From Acutalibacteraceae bacterium (GTDB taxonomy: Bacteria > Bacillota > Clostridia > Oscillospirales > Acutalibacteraceae): 64,000 bases of DNA. The stretch spans positions 72,062 to 136,061 of the forward strand of contig JBMNVN010000004.1 in NCBI GenBank assembly GCA_050946835.1, given 5' to 3'. This document shows positions 47,708 through 56,056 of this stretch, one piece after another. Position numbers and translations under genes: made by a program. The notes under the pieces are model-generated. The model did no database searches. It saw nothing but the letters and a program-made list of their open reading frames with translations, and was not told where the DNA came from. Numbering within the stretch: position 1 is the stretch's first letter; every line of letters begins with the position of its first letter.

Positions 47708-48289
47708 CTATATCTTACCGATCCAATTTATCGGCCAAATGCGAAAGATAATTTTACCTACAACCTGTTCCTGGGAAACACAACCGACTATGGTGCTCCG
47801 GGAATCCACCGATGTGGCTCTGTGATCTCCCATAACGAAGAGCCTGCTTTCGGGCACCTGATAAGGCAACTCTATATTGCAATCTCCAAAGGCTTTTTCA
47901 TTGAGGTAGGGTTCATCCAACAGTTCTCCGTTAATATAAACATTTCCGTTCTCATCGATATCCACCCACTCACCGGGGCGGGCAACCACTCGTTTCGCCA
48001 GGATTTTGTTGTTGAAATAAAAAGAGATTATATCGCCGGGTTCAAATTTTGAAGTTTTCACTGAAACAACAATATCGCCCTCTTGCAAAACCGGTGACAT
48101 GGATACTCCATAAACCTGCAAAACGGGGAGCCATAATGTCGCCACCAGAATTGCAACAGCAGCAACCGTAATCAGGGTATAAACCGTGCTCCGAAGTATG
48201 GAGCGATAGCGTTGCTTGTAGCGCCGTCGATTCAATTCCGCTTGAAGGTCAGGGATAGCCAGTTTTGTTCTGTTCTCTCTATTTTTCAT
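47708..48289 (-). CDS. type I signal peptidase (pilus-locus associated)
   Basis: 193 aa. N-terminal TM. Catalytic Ser box GVSMSP, Lys box ILAKRVVARPGE, and GDHRATSVDSR. Confidence 0.88.
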   Translation of the reverse strand: MKNRENRTKLAIPDLQAELNRRRYKQRYRSILRSTVYTLITVAAVAILVATLWLPVLQVYGVSMSPVLQEGDIVVSVKTSKFEPGDIISFYFNNKILAKRVVARPGEWVDIDENGNVYINGELLDEPYLNEKAFGDCNIELPYQVPESRLFVMGDHRATSVDSRSTIVGCVSQEQVVGKIIFRIWPINWIGKI

Positions 48290-48561
48290 ATCTTCCCCGT
48301 ATCTTGATTAAATCCCGTCCTGTTTTGCAGAAGATGCATAATCAACGGCTGTTCTTACAAGGCCAAGAAATTTCTTTCGGGAACTCTTTTGGGCAGTACA
48401 CCGAAATACCCCCAAGGATACTTTAATATTATACATGTTAAGGATGCAACCCGTCTACAAATAATTGCGAAACTTTACAAAACATTGCGGCAATTTAGCA
48501 AATATTTATTATTTCTCAAGCGAAGTTGTTGCTTAAAAGTTCCGAGTGTTTACGAAGTGCT

Positions 48562-48639
48562 CTACAACAATAAAGACAGCCCTGCAAGAAGAGTCAGAAC
48601 TAAAAATATCATTGTAAATTTATCTGAGTTTTTCTTCAC
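48562..48639 (-). pseudogene. class C sortase 5' remnant
   Basis: Translates as (GTG)VKKNSDKFTMIFLVLTLLAGLSLLL followed by a stop. Compare MKKNANKFITIFLVLILLAGLSLLLYPT... of the intact srtC. The homologous hairpin and ribosome-binding site lie upstream. Confidence 0.65.
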
Positions 48640-50540
48640 GCAAGACTCTCCTCATTGCTATGAGTACTGCACAACCCGGGAAGGAAAATCCTCCCCGGGT
48701 TGCAACAAATCTGTTGTTTTCCTTCGGTGTGTATGAGAAACTTAGTTTTCAGCGTATCTCATACGCTTTTTGGTTACGAGCAGCACGACTGCAGCCAGAA
48801 CCAGAACAGCGCCTGCAATGTAGAACAGGGCGGTGCCGATGCCGCCGGTCTCGGGCAGGGTGGAACCGGAGTTGTTGGCGATGGTGATTGCGGCAATACC
48901 CGTGGCTGTACTTGCAGTGCCGGCAACGCCGTCAGCGGTAACTGCCAGATTGGTCAGAGCGCTGTCGGCCAGACCGTCTGTCCAGTCTTGCCCGTTAGCG
49001 GTGGTAGCGGTAATAACTACGATAATATCGGCAGTCAGCAGATTATAACCGGCGGGAGCCGCAATTTCGCGCAGTCTGTATGTGCCGTCATCCAGACCGG
49101 CAACGGAGAACAAGCCGGTATCTGCAGCAGAGGTAAGTATGGAGCCTGCAGGCCACTCCATTATTCCGTCAGGATTGAGTGTGGGAGTATTCTGCCAACC
49201 GGTAAACTTGCCGTCAGCAACCGTAGCAACCTGGCTTCCATCCGCATTCAGAAGAACGAACTGAGCGCCCTGCAATTTGGTAGAGGTGTTTTTACCGTCT
49301 ACCTTAGTGGCATCCAATTCATAAGTAAAGACGATAACTTTGTCCTCGGGCGTTTGTCCGGTATTGCCGGTGTCGCCTGCGCCTGACTGATCGGGCTTGT
49401 TGGAATATTCAAGATAAACAGTATTCTCGTTGCCGTCCAAACCGATTTCAGCATTCTCATTCAAGACTGCACTATAGGCAACAATGATGTACATGTCCAT
49501 AGCGATACCGGGAATGTTTTTGATATTGTCGCTTGAAACGGTGATTACCTGTCCGGTGACATCAACATTAAAGCTGGAGGTAATATCGGAGTCGCCTGCA
49601 CCGACAGCTTTATCGGCGGACAGATATACCTTGATGCTTGATGCTGCGGGAGGAGTAAGACCTGCGGACATAGTATCATGGAATATATACTTATAGGTCT
49701 CATAGTAGGTCATATCGGGCACATAGCCGATCAGCGTAAAGGGAACGGCTTCGCCGATGTTGTAGTCGGCAACATCATTGTAACCGAGGCCATAGCCGTC
49801 GTTTGTATTGTACTTATCGTCTTCCTTAACTTTTTTCTCCACATTGGGAGCATCAGTCTTGATTGTAAGTATGACTTCACCAACTACTTTCAGCAAAGCG
49901 GCATTATATGCATCGCCTTCGCCGACATCGGCGGTGGTATCGACTATCAAATAGTAGCCTTCAGGCAAGTCGTTTTCACCGGAACTCAGAACAGTGCCGG
50001 CACCGGACTTGTTATCCTCGGCAATTTTGGCAACCTTTTCGGCAAGTGCGGTATTATTATTGTTGTCATCGAGAACCTCCGCTACTTGGGCAGCGGTGGT
50101 GCAGGCGGCAAACAGGGCGCCGTAAGTAGGATCCGCTTTCAGGTCAGCAAGGAATGCGGTGCTGTCTATTCCGTCACCCCACTGAATGTCGGACAGAACA
50201 CCGTTTTCTTCACGGCCGGTGAACACCTGATAGGCGGTGAAAGTGTGGCTATCCAGATTTACTCCGAAAACTGGGCATGTGCAAAAGCGGTGGTGGTCAT
50301 ACCCATGACCATGAGCAGCGCCAGCAACAGGCCGGCAAATTTCTTTACGTTTTTCATCTTGTTGGTTTCCTTTCTTTTTTGTCTTTTTTATTTGTTCTAT
50401 ATTTGAACCCGAAATTAATTGTGCGCAAGTGGCGTTGTGCGCGAAGAAAAACAAAAGCCTCCTTTCAGGAATTTTTTGGCTATACAACGGGACCGCTTGT
50501 GCCTGAGTCAGCAGTGTCGGTGTGCCCCGGAGCATACATT
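48563..50540 (-). repeat. segmental duplication copy 2 (frameshifted pilin + truncated srtC)
   Basis: See copy 1. The same leader (aagcctcctttcag.aattttttggctatac), pilin body, hairpin (48672-48702, with one mismatch) and srtC start are present. Confidence 0.75.
48742..50357 (-). pseudogene. second LPXTG major-pilin paralog, frameshifted at the signal-peptide junction
   Basis: The ATG at 50357 encodes MKNVKKFAGLLLALLMVMGMTTTAFAHAQFSE followed by a stop (50259-50357). The mature pilin (from ..VNLDSHTFTAYQVFTGREENG to LPETGG and the KKRMRYAEN tail) continues in a different frame down to 48742. The long ORF in the track (to 50535) has no signal peptide. Confidence 0.7.
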
Positions 50541-50641
50541 TTTTTGCGATTGCGTTCCAAACTTTAATAAGTTAAGACCTTTATCGACGAATGCGTCTTT
50601 CGCATTGCTTGACGGAGGGATGCAAGACGAAGTTTAAGATC

Positions 50642-51388
50642 TCAATCCTCATCTTTTTTCTTTTTTCGCCCGAGCCATACATCGGTCCAACCGAAGCTGA
50701 ACATAAGAATTCCGCCTGCAGATAAATAAGGAATGGGCCAACGGTACAAGCCGGTTTGAGGCAGAGTGTCATCTTTTTCACCGGAGCCCGAGTCAAGATC
50801 TTCATCGCCGGTAACGGAGTCATAGCTTGTTGTTTCTTCAGGGATTTCTTCGATTTTCGGAATTGCGGTTACGGAGTAATCCCAATCCCCGGCTTCCTTA
50901 TCAACAGCCGGTATTCCCATAACAAAGGGTTCCGGCAGGGTGCAGGGCATTCCGTCTGTGTACTTGGCAACTATCAAATAAAGACCGACAGGCCGGTTTT
51001 CAAAAACTACTTTCCCGTCTTCACCGGTTACCAATGTACCGTCGGGCGCTATGGAGTTTTGTTCAATAAACGAGTAAAACTGCCGGGCAACAAGTTTCGC
51101 TTTTTCAGCCACCGCCAGTTCTTCAGCGGAAAGTGTCGCGTCCGGATAACCGGCATTCGGTTTGAACTGCAAACCCGCAGAGGAGTATTCCGCCGTTCCG
51201 ACTTTGTACAGGCTGAAAAGAATTCCGGGAACAGGCTCTTTACTCACCGGAAGACGCATGATTATTTCTATACTGCCGGGTGAGCCGCCAAGCAATTCCG
51301 GCATGGCAAAAGCCGAAACCGACCAGACAAAAAGCATTAAGATCCCCAGAATAATCCCTGCGCTTGCTCTTAATACAGTTTTCTTCAC
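50642..51388 (-). CDS. small LPQTG-anchored pilin (base/minor subunit candidate)
   Basis: 248 aa. Signal peptide ending SVSAFA. One Ig-like domain with VFENRPVGLYLIV and TAIPKIEE (a pilin-motif-like Lys). LPQTG plus hydrophobic segment plus GRKKKKDED tail. Confidence 0.75.
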   Translation of the reverse strand: MKKTVLRASAGIILGILMLFVWSVSAFAMPELLGGSPGSIEIIMRLPVSKEPVPGILFSLYKVGTAEYSSAGLQFKPNAGYPDATLSAEELAVAEKAKLVARQFYSFIEQNSIAPDGTLVTGEDGKVVFENRPVGLYLIVAKYTDGMPCTLPEPFVMGIPAVDKEAGDWDYSVTAIPKIEEIPEETTSYDSVTGDEDLDSGSGEKDDTLPQTGLYRWPIPYLSAGGILMFSFGWTDVWLGRKKKKDED

Positions 51389-51495
51389 GTTTTATCCACC
51401 TCCCGCGGGTTTATATTTCTCGGTCTTTCGATTTTATCAACCGTCAACCTGCTTACCTACTTGCAAGTATGGTTTTCAAAATTACTACTTATGTC

Positions 51496-52689
51496 CTACC
51501 CCGCATGGAATCGCTTTGTTACATTGGCCGCCTTTGCCTTGATGTTTTCAAGATATTGGTCCGCTGACCTTTGCGCCGCTTCGAACACTCCGTTGAGTTT
51601 GAGTGCGGCTTCGGCAATGGAGCCTGAGGTCTCAATTTGTATGTTGCGTTCTTCAAGTTTATCTCTTGCGGTAGAAAGTTCCGTTTCCAGACTTTCAATC
51701 AACTTCTCCTGTTCAAGAATAATTTCAAAAAGTTCCGTTTTATTAAGACGCCTCAAAGGTAATTTATCTTTTTTACCTTTCTTCGATTTTTCCTCCGCAC
51801 TTTTTTCCGCACTTTTGTCTTTACTTCTTTTTTTCTTCCTGACCTTTTTATCGGGAGCCGGTTCTCCAACTTCCGCTTCGCCTTCCGGCATCTGTTGCGG
51901 AGGGAGGGGACTTTGTTCGGGCAAATCCCTTCTTACGGGTTCATTGAACAGGTAGGGAGAGTTCAGGTCGGGAGTGAAGTCTTGAGGGGTGTAAGCAAAA
52001 GCTGTGTTAATCGGCGCCACCTGTATTGCCGGGGCTGTCTGTACTGCCGGAGCTATCGGGGTTACGGGCACCGGAGGCGCTACAGGAGCCGGAGGAGTTT
52101 GAAAAGGTTGAACACGGGGCGAGTCATAAGCGGGTTGATACTGTACCTGCTGCTGCATTGGAGCTTCGGCGACCGGAACGGAGGAGGGCGGAGAATAGAC
52201 CGGCACTTGATACGCTGCAGCCGTTTGAGGCTGTACCGCAGGCGGGGCAGAAAAATCGACGGACAGAGGCATTGCCGGTTCCGCTTCTTTGAGCGGAGTC
52301 CTTTCTTCAGAATCAGTAGCGGCGGATTCCCCCGCATCCCTATGTCTGAACATCCGTCTAAGCCTGAACATGAGGTCGCCGGAGTCCAGAGGCAGAGTAA
52401 AGCATTCGTCAAGCTGTTCTTCAAGTTCAAGGCTCACTTCAGAGATGTTTTGTTTTTTTACAAATAAAATCTTCCCGACTGAACCGACGCTGCGGAAAAA
52501 AGAGACGAGCGCTTCATTATCGATATCATCAGCATAAAGGGCCACCAGGTCCATTTTGACCGCCGTGCCGATTACCGCCATCATATCATTAGGAGCGGAG
52601 GTAACTTCGGCACTAAGCCCGCTGGCTTGAAAGTGCCTTTCCAGCATAGCGGCGGAAATCTGTTCATTTGTGTTTATAAGTACTCTCAT
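51496..52689 (-). CDS. pseudo-receiver / Pro-Gln-rich / coiled-coil protein
   Basis: 397 aa. The N-terminal ~115 aa follow a receiver-like strand-helix pattern but lack the acidic pocket (VLINTNE) and the conserved Lys. The centre is a low-complexity P/Q/V-rich region with a K-rich patch. The C-terminus is helical: ELFEIILEQEKLIESLE...GSIAEAALKLNGVFEAAQRSADQYLENIK. Confidence 0.6.
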   Translation of the reverse strand: MRVLINTNEQISAAMLERHFQASGLSAEVTSAPNDMMAVIGTAVKMDLVALYADDIDNEALVSFFRSVGSVGKILFVKKQNISEVSLELEEQLDECFTLPLDSGDLMFRLRRMFRHRDAGESAATDSEERTPLKEAEPAMPLSVDFSAPPAVQPQTAAAYQVPVYSPPSSVPVAEAPMQQQVQYQPAYDSPRVQPFQTPPAPVAPPVPVTPIAPAVQTAPAIQVAPINTAFAYTPQDFTPDLNSPYLFNEPVRRDLPEQSPLPPQQMPEGEAEVGEPAPDKKVRKKKRSKDKSAEKSAEEKSKKGKKDKLPLRRLNKTELFEIILEQEKLIESLETELSTARDKLEERNIQIETSGSIAEAALKLNGVFEAAQRSADQYLENIKAKAANVTKRFHAG

Positions 52690-53143
52690 CTGCTCTGCAC
52701 ACCTCGTAGCTCATAGTAGATTGAAGAAAATTCGGGAACGGTTAATTATGTTGTAATATTAGACAATTAAACGAAACTAAACAAAACCGCCAACCGTTTG
52801 GACGAGTTGGGAACCGCCCCCATTAAACATCTACTCGATTATACAACCCAAAGCGTCCACTCGCTTACAAATACTTGCGAATTTTTACAAGAAGTTGTGG
52901 CAAGTTGTTGATTTAAGCCGCTTTTTATGTTATATAAGTGCTTGAGGAAACATACGACTCTTAATTGTTGTATTTTCACGACTCCGGCTAAAAAAGATGC
53001 GTCGCCTACCGACGTTGCCGCAGAGTTCATGATTAACCGCAATAAACTCGAAATATATATTATGTATAATATAATACTATAAATAAGTATATTTTTAAAA
53101 AAAGTTGCAATTCACACTTATTTTACGAACAGGCGGTGAAAAC

Positions 53144-55228
53144 ATGCAAAATCATTTGGATGAAGTCTACCGGGTTCTAAACACTTTTTGCAGGTCTACA
53201 GGAATCGGTGCCATGTGTTTCGGTAAAGAACTGAATATTGTTGCTGTGCGCCCTTCTCAAACAACAGCTAACGACTTTTTAAGCCTCGGCACCGGCAAAT
53301 TGACTCAATTCCTTTTACAACTCCTGAGTCAGGACACCGACGAAAAAAGTCTTTACATTTATGCCTCGGAAGGAAATATTCTCTGTGCCATTGTTCCGAT
53401 TTGTCAAAACGGAGAATGCATGGGCCTTTTTGTAACACAGCTTATTCTGTTGAGGACTCCCGTAGGTGACGAGGCTGAAAAACTTGTTGACCTTATTAAT
53501 CCCGGCGGGAATGAGAGGGAGGCAGTTTTAAGTATTCTCCGCCGCACTCCTGTACGCAGTTTTGAAAAAATCAACGCAATCGGCGAGAGTCTTGTCGCCC
53601 TTGTACACAGCGTGTTTAACGGTGTTAGTTTTACCTCTTTTTTACGGGGTGAACCCTCTGAGAACATTGAATACAGCGAGGATGAGCAGCCGGATGTTGT
53701 GATTGAGGATTTCGATGCAACCTTCCCCGTACGACAACTTCGATATGAAGATTATTTAAAATTTAAAGACGGAATCCGCACCGGAGATCCGGATCTTTTT
53801 GAAAAAGTTCTGGAGCAGCTGCCTCATGGCGCTATCCCTACCCATCACTTAGACTCTAAAAGCTATCTTCGATCCCTCAAGTATAATTATATTAAATTAG
53901 GCGTTATGGCTTGTTTTATCGCAATAGAATCCGGTTCGCCCTATTACAAGACTCTTGACATGGTTGATGAGTTTATCCGAAAAGTCAGAAAGAGCAACAA
54001 TGTTTTAGACCTGTTTAACTTAACCAAGGCAGCTATATATGACTATGCACGAACGGTTAACCTCGGTAGAATGCAGTCCTATTCGAAAGCCGTAAAACAG
54101 GTGCTTGATTATATTGATGAGCATTATGACGAAAAGATAACTTTGAAAGTTCTGGCTGAACATACGGGGTTAAGCACCTACTACCTTTCTTCCATGATAA
54201 AAAAAGAAACCGGGCTTATTTTAGCAGATAATATAAACTCCGTAAGAGTAGAAAAAAGCAAAGAGCTCATGGCTCGGGGCGAGCGCAGCCTTATTGAAAT
54301 TGCCAACAGCGTGGGCTTTGCTTATCAAAACCATTTTTCTACCGTATTTAAAAAGATTACCGGCATAACCCCCAGTGAATATATTAAAAATTTGGGCGAC
54401 GCCCAAAGTATCAGTCCGCATTCCCTTTCCGGAGGAAGGGCAATAGAATATATATCTGAACAAATGCATAGAGTAAGGGATGTGCTGCCGGATTTCTTTG
54501 ACGCTGTTCGGGTGGTAGACCCTCGAACTCAAAAGGCTTGGACGCTTATGCATCAGCCTAACCCGGAAAAGACGGAAACCTGTTATGACTTTTGGGAAAA
54601 TGGCAGAATGTGCGACAACTGCATAAGCCGAAAAGCTTATCTGGAAAACAAACCCTTCTTCAAAATTGAAGAAAAGCCGGACAGCTCCTTTTGGGTGGCC
54701 GCCGTACCCAGAGTAATCGGAAAGGAGATATATGTCATCGAATTGCTGAAAAAGTTGACTGAAACAGAGCCTGAGCCTGATAAGGAAATTGACTTCCACG
54801 ATCCCGTCGATCTTACAAGAATAATGAATGAAAGTTTTCGCCGCAGCCGGTTGGAAAACCGCCCCCTTTCCATAATCCTTTCCGCCTATAAAGACTTTGC
54901 AGGAGAAGCAGGAAAAGAGGCGGCGGACTTCAGACGGGAAGTTGTTGAAATAGTGATTTCAGAGAGGAAATTACCCGGTCTTGTTTATGCCGGTGATTAC
55001 ACGGGAGACATAACCTTGGTTGCTTTGGAAGACTTTGATTATGACAGGGCCAGACAGCTTGCCGATTTAATTGAACTGCAGTCAAGAAACTACGCCTTCA
55101 CTCCCGACGGTCAGATGCGCTTTTTTGAAATTGTAACCGCCGTCAGCACCCTTTCCGGGAAAGAACATAATGTTAAAGATTTACTTAATATGGCACTTAT
55201 TGATTTAAACGCCGCCCTACGCGGTTGA
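53144..55228 (+). CDS. AraC-family regulator fused to a Cys-motif sensor and degenerate GGDEF domain
   Basis: ATG at 53144 (the ORF track starts at TTG 53105). PocR-like N-terminus. AraC HTH at about 54092-54388 (LAEHTGLSTYYLSSMIKK...IANSVGFAYQNHFSTVFKKITGITPSEY). CYDFWENGRMCDNCISRKAY module. A GGDEF-like fold follows, with YTGDI in place of GGDEF. Confidence 0.85.
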   Translation: MQNHLDEVYRVLNTFCRSTGIGAMCFGKELNIVAVRPSQTTANDFLSLGTGKLTQFLLQLLSQDTDEKSLYIYASEGNILCAIVPICQNGECMGLFVTQLILLRTPVGDEAEKLVDLINPGGNEREAVLSILRRTPVRSFEKINAIGESLVALVHSVFNGVSFTSFLRGEPSENIEYSEDEQPDVVIEDFDATFPVRQLRYEDYLKFKDGIRTGDPDLFEKVLEQLPHGAIPTHHLDSKSYLRSLKYNYIKLGVMACFIAIESGSPYYKTLDMVDEFIRKVRKSNNVLDLFNLTKAAIYDYARTVNLGRMQSYSKAVKQVLDYIDEHYDEKITLKVLAEHTGLSTYYLSSMIKKETGLILADNINSVRVEKSKELMARGERSLIEIANSVGFAYQNHFSTVFKKITGITPSEYIKNLGDAQSISPHSLSGGRAIEYISEQMHRVRDVLPDFFDAVRVVDPRTQKAWTLMHQPNPEKTETCYDFWENGRMCDNCISRKAYLENKPFFKIEEKPDSSFWVAAVPRVIGKEIYVIELLKKLTETEPEPDKEIDFHDPVDLTRIMNESFRRSRLENRPLSIILSAYKDFAGEAGKEAADFRREVVEIVISERKLPGLVYAGDYTGDITLVALEDFDYDRARQLADLIELQSRNYAFTPDGQMRFFEIVTAVSTLSGKEHNVKDLLNMALIDLNAALRG

Positions 55229-55264
55229 ACGCCGCTGCAACAAACAAAACCCGGAGAGCTGTAA

Positions 55265-55996
55265 ATGAAAATCAAAGACGAAAACCTTTTAATTGAATAC
55301 CTGCTTGTGGCACTGCGTGTTGTTTTGGCGGCGGCTCTTTTTATTCTTGCCGTTACAAACTATCATAGGCTTACTCACCTGGATGTACGTGCGGTAGTTG
55401 CCGCCGCATCCGGCTTGGGGGTTGCCATAGGCGCCGTACTCGGCATTTATCTTGTTAAGGGCCTTGTCTTTATTGTGCCCGCCTCAATCGTTTATATTTA
55501 CACCGGAATGGCTTTTAACACTCCTCTTGCTTTGCTAATTAACTTAGCCGGTATTATGCTTGAGGTGACGGTAACCTTTTGGCTGGGCCGCTTTCTCGGA
55601 GGCGCCTTTGTTGAGAAGAAAATCAGAGGCAAAAAATGGGCGGAAAAGCTCATGAACGCCAAAGAAAAAAACAAGCTTTCATTCCTGTTTGCGGTTCGCG
55701 CTCTGCCCACTTTTCCCATAGATTTTGTGAGTTTATTTTTAGGCGCTTCGGGCATGGGTTTTTTGCCTTACTTTTTGATTTCCGTCATCGGGATTATGCC
55801 CCGCGTTGCACTGTTTACCGTTTTGGGCGACGGTCTTTATGACTATATCCCCATGGAGTTTCTTGTAGGGATTGCAGTGGCAAGTATTCCAACAGCACTG
55901 TTCATATGGCTGTTTTTTTACATTAAGAAAAAGCGAGGCAGTCCTGTGCATGTTCCCGAAGAAAAGGAAGAAATACAACAAGCGGCGGAATCTTAG
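55265..55996 (+). CDS. TVP38/TMEM64 (DedA-superfamily) membrane protein
   Basis: 243 aa. Multi-pass membrane protein with the characteristic motif FWLGRFLGGAFVEKKIRGKKW. Confidence 0.85.
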   Translation: MKIKDENLLIEYLLVALRVVLAAALFILAVTNYHRLTHLDVRAVVAAASGLGVAIGAVLGIYLVKGLVFIVPASIVYIYTGMAFNTPLALLINLAGIMLEVTVTFWLGRFLGGAFVEKKIRGKKWAEKLMNAKEKNKLSFLFAVRALPTFPIDFVSLFLGASGMGFLPYFLISVIGIMPRVALFTVLGDGLYDYIPMEFLVGIAVASIPTALFIWLFFYIKKKRGSPVHVPEEKEEIQQAAES

Positions 55997-56017
55997 AAAT
56001 CCGCCGCTTGTTTTTTG
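55981..56017 (+). terminator. rho-independent terminator
   Basis: agcggcgga (55981-55989) pairs with tccgccgct (56000-56008), followed by tgttttttg. The stem includes the stop codon. Confidence 0.7.
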
Positions 56018-56056
56018 TTTCTATTGATTGTTCAGTAAAAAGACAGGCTTTCTTAT

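Noticed and set aside
48389-48736. 115-aa plus-strand ORF between the signal peptidase and the second pilin.
   Set aside because: It overlaps the srtC relic and hairpin on the opposite strand and has no recognisable features. The region is better explained as decayed duplication.
48742-50535. The 597-aa ORF from the track taken at face value as an intact pilin.
   Set aside because: Its N-terminal ~95 residues are read-through of the leader in the wrong frame, with no signal peptide. The genuine signal peptide is in another frame (50259-50357).
52839-53042. 67-aa minus-strand ORF in the long divergent intergenic region.
   Set aside because: It has no ribosome-binding site, odd composition and no similarity I recognise. 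It is probably non-coding.
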